DNA of 52,497 nt from an uncultured Candidatus Saccharibacteria bacterium (lineage in GTDB: Bacteria; Patescibacteriota; Saccharimonadia; Saccharimonadales; JBBQAJ01), in NCBI GenBank assembly GCA_964597925.1, contig CAZQZT010000004.1, positions 1 to 52,497 on the forward strand, given 5' to 3'. Numbering within the stretch: position 1 is the first letter of the stretch; the number at the start of each line of letters is the position of its first letter. Below, piece by piece: positions 28,690 to 36,267 of this stretch. The position numbers were made by a program, and so were the translations under genes. Under the pieces are notes generated by a model, which saw only the letters and a program-made list of their open reading frames with translations, searched no databases and was not told where the DNA came from.

Positions 28690-29013
28690 CTAGCGATTAT
28701 TAAGACGGGCGGCGATTGCGAATTGCATAAAGTAAGTTTCTAATGTTGGGTCAACTTTATCTGTTGTAACCGACTCTGCAAATAACTCTCTGGCATAAAG
28801 TAACTCTCTTAGGCCGGGTTTGTTTTCATTGGCCCATAATTGTGCCGTTTCATCTATCAAATCCAGGCCCCGATATAACGCAGCTTGGGATCTTTTATGC
28901 TTACCCTGGCGTTTTGCACTTAGGGCCCGACCAACTTCTGAGCCAATATTCCCCATTTGATTAAACACATCCATTTCAGCCCACGACTTAGTATCGAATA
29001 AGTGATCAGTCAT
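28690..29013 (-). CDS. Small helical hypothetical protein, partner of the DUF5674 gene
   Basis: NQMGNIGSEVGRA...RGLDLID...REL..ARE; start overlaps the DUF5674 stop (ATGACTGA). Confidence 0.75.
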   Translation of the reverse strand: MTDHLFDTKSWAEMDVFNQMGNIGSEVGRALSAKRQGKHKRSQAALYRGLDLIDETAQLWANENKPGLRELLYARELFAESVTTDKVDPTLETYFMQFAIAARLNNR

Positions 29014-29347
29014 GAACAATCCCTTGCACTAGCGCGATTATTTGTTGTTTTTTATGTGGATCTAAAACATCTTTTGATGCATTTCCTTGACTGGGTCGTA
29101 TATTGATCATGGAATCGAATTCTATAAAATCATCTGTTCCATAATCTTCTGGGTGCAGATTAATTCCCCAAAGATCATTTTGATTTGAGCCATTTTCCAT
29201 TAGATATGCTTCGCCATCTGCATGCATTCCCATATCAACAATCATGATCTTTTTAACTACATCGACGTCAGCCTTTACTAGACTGCCGTACATCTTTTTT
29301 GCCATTTCTGTCAATTCCGAAATGCTGATGGCGCTAATAACTTTCAT
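29006..29347 (-). CDS. DUF5674 family protein
   Basis: VKADVDV...MHAD.E..L...GS.Q.DLWGIN...IEFDSMINIRPSQGN.S. Confidence 0.8.
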   Translation of the reverse strand: MKVISAISISELTEMAKKMYGSLVKADVDVVKKIMIVDMGMHADGEAYLMENGSNQNDLWGINLHPEDYGTDDFIEFDSMINIRPSQGNASKDVLDPHKKQQIIALVQGIVHD

Positions 29348-29388
29348 CCGGGTATTATAACAAAAAATGATGCATTTTATCTCTATAT

Positions 29389-29463
29389 AAGCATAAGCCT
29401 ATTGGAGGGCCCCTCCTTTGCAATAGCTTCGGTGGGCAGGCATCGTAGACGTTATCGCAACTA
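29389..29463. repeat. tRNA-Lys 3'-end junction J2 (30 bp extra between core and arm)
   Basis: AAGCATAAGCCTAT-TGGAGGGCC-N30-ATCGTAGACGTTATCGCAACTA. Confidence 0.8.
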
Positions 29464-29546
29464 TATTTCAATACCCAATACCTGGTCAACAAAAAATTTT
29501 GTGCGTGTTGACTGTTTAATTTTTATTCATGATATTACAAAGACCC

Positions 29547-29583
29547 TTGACATATCTGTATACATAGCATACAATGTATACAT
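29547..29583 (+). promoter_or_regulatory. Promoter/operator of the TA pair
   Basis: TTGACA-N17-TACAAT, ATG 6 nt later; two TGTATACA palindromes overlap it. Confidence 0.8.
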
Positions 29584-29830
29584 GAGTAGAATTCAGTATA
29601 CAATTAGAAATATTCCTGCACCCGTAGATAAAGTTATTAAAAAACGAGCAAAACAGTCTGGTAAGTCATTCAATCAGACAGTTGTGGACATTTTGGCAAT
29701 GCAAACTTTTGGCTCGACAGATTTACATATAGAAGAGAGCTTTGATTGGTTATATAACAATAATACTCTCGATGACTCTTTTGATGAGGCAATAAAAGAT
29801 ATATCAAAAATAGATAAGAAGATTTGGTGA
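29582..29830 (+). CDS. Ribbon-helix-helix antitoxin (FitA/VapB-like)
   Basis: QYTIRNIP..VD..IKKRAK..GKSFNQ.VVDIL; directly upstream of a PIN gene. Confidence 0.8.
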   Translation: MSRIQYTIRNIPAPVDKVIKKRAKQSGKSFNQTVVDILAMQTFGSTDLHIEESFDWLYNNNTLDDSFDEAIKDISKIDKKIW

Positions 29831-29834
29831 TAAT

Positions 29835-30224
29835 ATGTCCTTTATTTTGGATACCAGCGCTTACTCGGCCTTCAATCGAGGTGATAAACGTTTAAGGGCG
29901 TGGTTTACACCTGACAGAGACATTATCGTACCAATCATAGTGTTAGGTGAATTACGTTCGGGCTTTGCTGTCGGTAATAGATTTGAGGAAAACGAGAAGC
30001 TTCTACAGAGATTTCTTGATAGCCCAAATGTCACGGTACAGACCATAACGGATAAAACTACAGTAATATATTCACAGATTTATCTTAAACTTCGCGCTAT
30101 AGGCAGGCCAATTGGTACAAATGATATGTGGATAGCAGCGATAGCTCTTGAATTAGATAACGAACTCCTGACTTTGGATGAAGATTTTGCGAATGTACCA
30201 GATTTAATGATAGGTAAAATATAG
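29835..30224 (+). CDS. vapC: VapC family PIN-domain toxin
   Basis: ILDTSAY, LGEL, NDMWIAAIA, LLTLDEDF. Confidence 0.9.
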   Translation: MSFILDTSAYSAFNRGDKRLRAWFTPDRDIIVPIIVLGELRSGFAVGNRFEENEKLLQRFLDSPNVTVQTITDKTTVIYSQIYLKLRAIGRPIGTNDMWIAAIALELDNELLTLDEDFANVPDLMIGKI

Positions 30225-30257
30225 AAACAATAATTTAAAGCTAAAGAATGAGTGCAT

Positions 30258-30334
30258 TGGAGGGCCAGGAGGGACTTGAACCCTCGACACCCTGCTTAAG
30301 AGGCAGGTGCTCTAACCAGCTGAGCTACTGGCCC
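30258..30334 (-). tRNA. tRNA-Lys(CUU)
   Basis: Fully paired cloverleaf; anticodon arm CCTGC-CTCTTAA-GCAGG; T-loop TTCAAGT; encoded CCA. Confidence 0.96.
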
Positions 30335-30582
30335 GGAAATATATTGATCTGAAAAGGTGCGTGTGCTTATGAGTAGTGTCTCAGCTGTTAGAGTACAGGT
30401 GCTGTTAATTGATTCTAACAGCAAGCTGCGCCAGCTAAACCACTGACCCGGAATTACCTATTCAAAACAGAGGTAAATTGTACCAGATTTACTCTCTTAG
30501 GTAAATACACCACGATTCTTATTTTATTATTGGTTATTTAGGCCTCTAATGACGACAGAAACTAATAACAGAGGGAGGTTTT

Positions 30583-31098
30583 ATGCTCTTTGCGCAAGCC
30601 GATTTATACTCGACTAATTCTTATCAAGTTGAACCCAAAGGTACATCCGGCGGTATTTGGGCCCCTTTTGTTGCTATTTGGTTTATATGGCTGATCGTTT
30701 TCATCGTTGCAATTGTGGCGCAGTGGAGGATTTTTGAGAAAGCCGGACAACCTGGCTGGAAATCATTAATTCCAATCTATAATTTCTGGACATTATGTGA
30801 AATAGTAGGGAAGCCTGGGTGGTGGTCATTGTCATTCCTGCTTGTGGTAATTCCGTTTGTAGGCTGGATTGCTCCTCTTATCGTTGGCATATTTGTCATG
30901 CTAGAACTAGGCAAAGCATTCAATAAGGACGTGACGTGGACAGTTTTTCTGCTCATAATCTTCTCACTTATTGGAATGTTAATCCTTGGCTTTGGAGATG
31001 ACAAGTTCGACAAGAGTAAGCTCTCTTCTCCTGAAATAAGCACAGCAGGTGCTGGACCAGGCGGTGGCAGTAAAAAACCGACTCCTCCGAGCAGCTAG
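30583..31098 (+). CDS. DUF5684 membrane protein
   Basis: WRIFEKAGQPGWKSLIPIYN...GKPGWW; SD GGGAGG. Confidence 0.85.
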   Translation: MLFAQADLYSTNSYQVEPKGTSGGIWAPFVAIWFIWLIVFIVAIVAQWRIFEKAGQPGWKSLIPIYNFWTLCEIVGKPGWWSLSFLLVVIPFVGWIAPLIVGIFVMLELGKAFNKDVTWTVFLLIIFSLIGMLILGFGDDKFDKSKLSSPEISTAGAGPGGGSKKPTPPSS

Positions 31099-31115
31099 TT
31101 ACAAAACGCTGTTTT

Positions 31116-31149
31116 AAACAATGCCTGGCTTCCATGTCGGGCATTGTTT
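31116..31149 (+). terminator. Hairpin/terminator after the DUF5684 gene
   Basis: AAACAATGCC / GGCATTGTTT perfect 10-bp stem. Confidence 0.6.
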
Positions 31150-31201
31150 AATGAGGCAAGCGAGTAACTTCGCCCCAGTTCTTGTATGCTACGATACAGT
31201 A

Positions 31202-31353
31202 ATGAAAATACTCAATGGCAGCGATCTTGCAGGCTTTATCAAAGGGCGTCAAGCACAACAAGTACGAGCTCTTCGTCAGGCATAAGTGTTGCGCCAAAGC
31301 TTGCTATTATACGAACCAATCCAGATCCGGTCGTAGACAGCTACATGAAGCTC
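31202..31353 (+). pseudogene. folD: Truncated, frameshifted 5' fragment of a second folD
   Basis: MKILNGSDLAGFIKGRQAQQVRALRQA* then, in another frame, VAPKLAIIRTNPDPVVDSYMKL; matches the N-terminus of folD at 28035. Confidence 0.85.
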
Positions 31354-31435
31354 ACTAGAGGCTCGCCTCATGAATCTCACGATATCCCGCTCCAACATAT
31401 TGTCACCGAGAAATCCGTTCATAATTTCTAGAGTG

Positions 31436-31924
31436 CTAATACATGTTTACTTTTTCACGCTTGGCATAAACAGCAAATTTATAAACGAAGCCATTTTGCT
31501 CTTGCAAAGCATCTTCACCAAATGGCATAAATGTACCTGCAAATCGGGGGAAAAACTTATCACAGCCAAAGTCTGCCTGAATTTCTGTTAGGTATATTTC
31601 TTCAGCATATGGCAATGCCTGCTCGAATACTGAAGCACCACCAATCACCCACAAATCACGTTCAAATGCTTTCAAAAACGCCCCTAAGTCACTAACAACC
31701 TCTGCACCATTTACGGCTGCTGCATTTCGGCTTGCAACATAATTTTTGCGATTTGATAGCGCATGACCAATAACTCCGTAGGTATTGCTACCCATAAGAA
31801 CTTCACCGCCCCATTTACTAGTTTGTTCTTGGAAGTACTTTTCGTCATCAGGCATAAACCAGGGCTGTATACCGCCTTTTGAAATTCCCCTTTTAGTATC
31901 TAATGCTGCTATAAGCCTTATCAT
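31436..31924 (-). CDS. folA: Dihydrofolate reductase
   Basis: IAA.D..RGI, PW..P.D, LMGSNTY, IGGASVF, D.FFP. Confidence 0.92.
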   Translation of the reverse strand: MIRLIAALDTKRGISKGGIQPWFMPDDEKYFQEQTSKWGGEVLMGSNTYGVIGHALSNRKNYVASRNAAAVNGAEVVSDLGAFLKAFERDLWVIGGASVFEQALPYAEEIYLTEIQADFGCDKFFPRFAGTFMPFGEDALQEQNGFVYKFAVYAKREKVNMY

Positions 31925-33203
31925 CTGCCTGTATTATGACGGTTCTGAGGCTACTGAGCAAATAGAAAGAGCCCGTTATAACTACTATGTCATCACTGCT
32001 TGAGTTGGCCAGTTCATACGCTTTTATATAATCATGCTCAGTCTTTACGTTCTTAAAGCCAAGTCTTGAAGCTTCCAGTGCTAACAATTCTGGTTCTATG
32101 GATACGATCGGCAAATCTTGAAATGTATCAAAAGAAGTGATTATTAAGTTGCTACAAATTGGCTCGAGCAAAGGCAACACTGTTTCGTATTCCTTGCCTT
32201 TTTTTAAAGCTAGGACAACTGTTGCTTTTTGGTTTGGATACAGCGCCTGAAAGCTCGCTACAAACGCAGTCATTTTTTGCTCGTTGTGCGCACCATCCAT
32301 AACCAAAGTTTTGCCGTCAATCGCCCGAATATCCATACGCCCCGGTATCTTTACTTGCATGCTTGTCACTAATTGTTCGGGCTCCAGAACGGGCAAATTA
32401 TCTCGCTGTACTATATAATCATAAACTTTTTTTGCTAGTAGCCAGTTACGTTGTTGATACTGTGGTAGTTTTACAATTTCAGTTTTAGGTACTCCCCTGC
32501 TCAGATCATCATAATCACTTAACACGTTAAGTATTGCATGTAGTGCTGTTACTTCAGCTTCAAAAACTCGCATCACAACAGATGATTGCTGGTAGCTAAA
32601 AACCTGATTCTGGAGATGTATAATTCCAGCTTTTTGCCTTGCTATCTCTGCTAGGGTATCCCCTAGTACGTGCATATGATCTAATCCTATATCTGTTAGC
32701 ACGCACACTTTGTTGCTATTCCCTGCTACATTTGTGGCATCAAAACTACCCCCCAGACCCGTTTCTATAACCGCATAGTCCACCTCAGTTTTGGCAAAAT
32801 ACCAGTACACAAAAGCAATTAGAAGCTCGAAATATGTTGGTTTCGGCTCAACTTGCGAAATCAGTTCCAGGAATTCTGAGAGGGCTTTGCAAAACACCGG
32901 CTCTGGCAGTGGCTCTAGGTTTATCTGCACCCGCTCTATCACAGAATCCAAATGCGGCGATACCGTTAAGCCAACCTCGACCCCAGCTTCCTTTAGCAAA
33001 GCAGTCACATAATATGCTGTGGATGTTTTGCCAGACGTACCCGCCACGTGGATAATCTTGAGCTTAGTTTCTGGATTGCCCAAAACAGCCAACATAGGCT
33101 TCATCCGCGCAAGCGTGAGGTCTTTTCCAAGCAACTCGCTGACATGCGGAATATAGTTTGCCAGTACTTTCTGGGCTTCCTCTAGTGTACGAATCTGTGT
33201 CAT
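31893..33203 (-). CDS. folC: Folylpolyglutamate synthase / dihydrofolate synthase
   Basis: HVAGTSGKTS, SPHL, ETGLGG, KAGII, DGAHN, TGSFYL. Confidence 0.9.
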   Translation of the reverse strand: MTQIRTLEEAQKVLANYIPHVSELLGKDLTLARMKPMLAVLGNPETKLKIIHVAGTSGKTSTAYYVTALLKEAGVEVGLTVSPHLDSVIERVQINLEPLPEPVFCKALSEFLELISQVEPKPTYFELLIAFVYWYFAKTEVDYAVIETGLGGSFDATNVAGNSNKVCVLTDIGLDHMHVLGDTLAEIARQKAGIIHLQNQVFSYQQSSVVMRVFEAEVTALHAILNVLSDYDDLSRGVPKTEIVKLPQYQQRNWLLAKKVYDYIVQRDNLPVLEPEQLVTSMQVKIPGRMDIRAIDGKTLVMDGAHNEQKMTAFVASFQALYPNQKATVVLALKKGKEYETVLPLLEPICSNLIITSFDTFQDLPIVSIEPELLALEASRLGFKNVKTEHDYIKAYELANSSSDDIVVITGSFYLLSSLRTVIIQADDKAYSSIRY

Positions 33204-33310
33204 AGCTACATATTCTACATATAAATCTTAAAACTATAGACATCTTACGACTTTTTCTCATAATAAATTATGTATATAGGGTTCGAACTTCGATATGTAT
33301 TATGACCTGC

Positions 33311-33585
33311 ATGCCTTGGAAAGATATTGAGAAACAACCCGCAGCAATTCATCGTCACTATTATTCCAACCGCCAGCAATAGATTAACGATTTAAAAGAG
33401 GCGTCTCCATTTAAAGACTTTAAAAATCATATCCTTTTTATGTGATGGATACACATAAATTAGTGCGTAGTAGTAGTAGTGTTAAGAGGCTTTCTGAAGA
33501 GATTGAACAATGTGAGGTAGTTTGTTCAAATTGCCACCGTACAAGAACCTATAAACGAATTTTAGAATCATCCTCTATACTATAG
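33311..33585 (+). pseudogene. Decayed small HNH endonuclease
   Basis: MPWKDIEKQ...RHYYSNRQQ* / INDLKEASP / YPFYVMD...EEIEQCEVVCSNCHRTRTY; internal stop and frameshift. Confidence 0.7.
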
Positions 33586-33590
33586 GCTAA

Positions 33591-33667
33591 GCTCGCGTAG
33601 CTCAGCGGATTAGAGCACTGGTCTTCGGAACCAGGTGTCGTAGGTTCGAATCCTACCGCGGGCACCA
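33591..33667 (+). tRNA. tRNA-Arg(UCG)
   Basis: Cloverleaf; anticodon arm CTGGT-CTTCGGA-ACCAG; GGTTCGAATCC; encoded CCA. Confidence 0.95.
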
Positions 33668-33678
33668 TAAGAAAATAT

Positions 33679-34305
33679 ATGCAGATAACTGTTTTTGGAG
33701 CAAATGGGAAAGTTGGGAGCAAGGTTGTTGCTGGACTGTTAGCACGAGGATATCGTGTCAGGGCTTTTGTTCGTGACGTATCGACACTTGAGTCCAGGAC
33801 AAACTTGACAATAGTTCAAGGTGATGTACGAAATAAACAAGATGTTACCAACGCTTTAAAAAATAGTACCGTTGTGATATGTGCGCTAGGAAGTTGGAGC
33901 ACTAAATCCAAAGATATTTTGTCTGCTGGGATGACGAATATAATTCCTGCAATGCAAGCACAGAATATTGAGCGTATTGTTTCACTTACCGGAGCAGAAG
34001 CTAGAGACAAAACTGACCAGCCAAAATTAATTAACAAATTAAGTCATTTTATGTCGCTAGTTTTTTTACGAAAAATCTTGCAAGATGGCGAACGACACAT
34101 AGCATTGCTTAGGGGTTCTGATTTAAATTGGAGCGTCTTACGTTCTCCTTTAATGAAAACTAAAGGAAAACGAGGTTTCATGCTAAAAATCACTCCCATC
34201 AAGCCTTGGGTAACCATCAGCCGTGATGATGTGGCAGAAGCTATGATTGAACTTGCGCTAAATAATCAATTTACTAAATCAGCACCCTACATTTGTAGAG
34301 GCTAA
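33679..34305 (+). CDS. NAD(P)H-binding atypical SDR (flavin reductase / BVR-B-like)
   Basis: VFGANGKVG Rossmann motif, LNWSVLR, ISRDDVA. Confidence 0.88.
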   Translation: MQITVFGANGKVGSKVVAGLLARGYRVRAFVRDVSTLESRTNLTIVQGDVRNKQDVTNALKNSTVVICALGSWSTKSKDILSAGMTNIIPAMQAQNIERIVSLTGAEARDKTDQPKLINKLSHFMSLVFLRKILQDGERHIALLRGSDLNWSVLRSPLMKTKGKRGFMLKITPIKPWVTISRDDVAEAMIELALNNQFTKSAPYICRG

Positions 34306-34323
34306 TTCTGGTATCATTAATTA

Positions 34324-34830
34324 ATGAGCAAAATATCAGTGAATGAAGCATATCAAAAGGGCTACATCTATACACTCAGTGAACCTTCTGGTAAAAACTT
34401 CGAATCTGATTTCAAGCCACAGCTCACACCAGAACAAATGTTAAAGCTTGGGATTTTTGGCGGATTTTATTTTACCTGCATCCCGGCTGAATTCCCAGCT
34501 AGCTGGTTTGATGGGGTAGAATTTACCAAAACAGGGCACGCCGATGCTAGTTTAAATTTTTTCAAAGTAAACGCTAGTCAGCCACTGGAAGTCTGGCAGA
34601 AAAAGGGCTGGATATATTTCGAGGACCCTAAGGGTTGGTTTTTATGGTACTGCCGGTACTACCTGGGAAGAAGAATTCCTGAAGAAGATGCTCGCCAGAT
34701 AAAACGCTGGAGAGCTATAACAAGGCACATCAGCCAGATACAAAAGGTGTGTCAGCCAGGTGATTTATCTTGCAGACCTCGGCAACGCCAAGCATTACTA
34801 CACTGGGCATACGATTCACGCAAGCTATAA
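34324..34830 (+). CDS. Conserved hypothetical protein
   Basis: Trp/Arg-rich 168-aa ORF (LTP.QML.LG.FGG...DP.GWF.WYCRYY.GRR...RQI.RW...RQ.LLHWAYD); own -10 box. Confidence 0.75.
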   Translation: MSKISVNEAYQKGYIYTLSEPSGKNFESDFKPQLTPEQMLKLGIFGGFYFTCIPAEFPASWFDGVEFTKTGHADASLNFFKVNASQPLEVWQKKGWIYFEDPKGWFLWYCRYYLGRRIPEEDARQIKRWRAITRHISQIQKVCQPGDLSCRPRQRQALLHWAYDSRKL

Positions 34831-35676
34831 ATATGCCTGTATCAGAACCATAGTAATACAAAAACCGGCAAACCAATTGAGCCAAATAAAACGTCTCCAC
34901 CCCGCATTGGCAGATTCGGCTGTTTTGTCAGTTATGGCTCTGAATGGATAAATATTTACGACATATGCCAGGCATATAAACGCACACACTAGCCCTGCCC
35001 CTCCACGAGTTGCCAACAACAGCGCACTAGCCGTGTACAGCCCTCCCGCCAGCCGTGTGGTTATTCGAGCGCCTAACACGGTTCCAATCGAACTAATCTT
35101 GCCCGCTCTATCTGCGGGGATGTCTTGTACCGCACCAAAAGCATGGCTAGCCATACCCCATAAAAAGAAAGCAAAAACATATGGCAAAAAGCTTGTTTGC
35201 CAGCCCGCCAGCACTAGTCCGTACACCAGTGGTCCAACGAAATGACTGCTTGAAGTTATAGAGTCAATGAATGGTCGCTCTTTGAAGCGTAACTTTGGAA
35301 GACTGTATGCCAATACCATGAACACAACTGCACCAAGCGTAAGCTTTGCAGACAAACCACCCCACGTAAACATAACAGCGAGAACTGGGATGTTAGTGAT
35401 AAATACCCCTCGTAATATGGTCTTGTGTTGAGCTTTTGCGAGCACAGCCCCTTCTATGCCACCTTTACGTGGATTCAGTATGTCCGATTCATAATCAAAT
35501 ACATCGTTTACGCCATACATCATCAGGTTGTACGGAATTAGGAAATATATAGTGCCCACCAAAAACTGCCACGAAGCCTGGTGTGAGACTAAAATATAGC
35601 CGGCCCCAAACGGATAAGCAGTATTCAGCCATGAAATTGGCCTAGACGATAACAAAATATAACGCAAGTTTTTCAT
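34825..35676 (-). CDS. crtEb: UbiA-family lycopene elongase (C50 carotenoid)
   Basis: SSRPISWLNTAYPF, NDVFDYESD..NPRKGG.EG, AFGAVQDI..DR; last gene of the crt operon. Confidence 0.85.
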   Translation of the reverse strand: MKNLRYILLSSRPISWLNTAYPFGAGYILVSHQASWQFLVGTIYFLIPYNLMMYGVNDVFDYESDILNPRKGGIEGAVLAKAQHKTILRGVFITNIPVLAVMFTWGGLSAKLTLGAVVFMVLAYSLPKLRFKERPFIDSITSSSHFVGPLVYGLVLAGWQTSFLPYVFAFFLWGMASHAFGAVQDIPADRAGKISSIGTVLGARITTRLAGGLYTASALLLATRGGAGLVCAFICLAYVVNIYPFRAITDKTAESANAGWRRFIWLNWFAGFCITMVLIQAYL

Positions 35677-35960
35677 GGCGATTTATTGCGCTCCCAAAGC
35701 ACGGGTACTATCAAGCCAGCTACGACCGTATAAGCAAAATCTTCTAACGGCACCCTCCCTATATAGAAACCCAAAATATAACGTAAATCATAGCTAACAA
35801 GATTTAGCGCTATAATGATACTATCAAATATGGCAGTCAAAACCACTAGCACGACAATGGTTTTTATAATTGGCTTAGCAGAAAGTTCTACCCTGGACAG
35901 CTTTACCACCAACACAGTCACAACTAAAAAAATAATATTCAGCAGAGCATACCTATACAC
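35673..35960 (-). CDS. C50 carotenoid cyclase subunit (CrtYf/CrtYh-like)
   Basis: LTAIFDSII...G.VPLEDFAY; GTG start overlaps the upstream stop. Confidence 0.8.
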   Translation of the reverse strand: MYRYALLNIIFLVVTVLVVKLSRVELSAKPIIKTIVVLVVLTAIFDSIIIALNLVSYDLRYILGFYIGRVPLEDFAYTVVAGLIVPVLWERNKSP

Positions 35961-36267
35961 TTCGTTCCTCCAAAGCCCGCCATACAAGCAGGGCAGTGTA
36001 AGTAAGCAATATTAGGAAAAATAACTCCTCGAATGGAAAATCTTTCCCAACCATTAAACCTGTACTATATACTCCGCCCCCATCAGAAAAAATTCCAAGA
36101 ACGATGCCCAAAATATCCCAGAGTACAAAAACTCCAATAGCTGGAAGCAGTGTCCTGAATGTGCGTCGTCGGTCTTTAAAAAAAGCTAGTTTGTATCTAT
36201 AGTCAAATAGTCCCATGCCCAAAATCGCCAGCAAAAGTCCGGTTATATATACGAGATGTTGCCACAT
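35953..36267 (-). CDS. C50 carotenoid cyclase subunit (CrtYe/CrtYg-like)
   Basis: DYRYKLAFF...FVLWD..G...G.F...PFEELFFL. Confidence 0.8.
   Translation of the reverse strand: MWQHLVYITGLLLAILGMGLFDYRYKLAFFKDRRRTFRTLLPAIGVFVLWDILGIVLGIFSDGGGVYSTGLMVGKDFPFEELFFLILLTYTALLVWRALEERSV

Noticed and set aside
28071-29463. CRISPR array or integron attC interpretation of the repeated junctions
   Set aside because: Spacing is 559-855 bp with whole genes between repeats; there are no RYYYAAC/GTTRRRY ends or long attC palindrome; no cas or intI gene is present
29402-29581. N-terminal extension of the 142-aa antitoxin ORF
   Set aside because: It runs through the junction repeat and a consensus promoter; the real start is ATG 29582
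30350-30449. Amber-suppressor or pyrrolysine tRNA (CTCTAA loop)
   Set aside because: The loop would be 6 nt, and the T-arm and acceptor stem do not pair; no pyl genes are present
11910-31353. Prophage or autonomous integrative element
   Set aside because: No integrase, transposase, replication or virion genes were recognised anywhere in the window
31186-31431. 81-aa ORF as a functional gene
   Set aside because: It is the shifted frame of the folD remnant reading on into unrelated sequence
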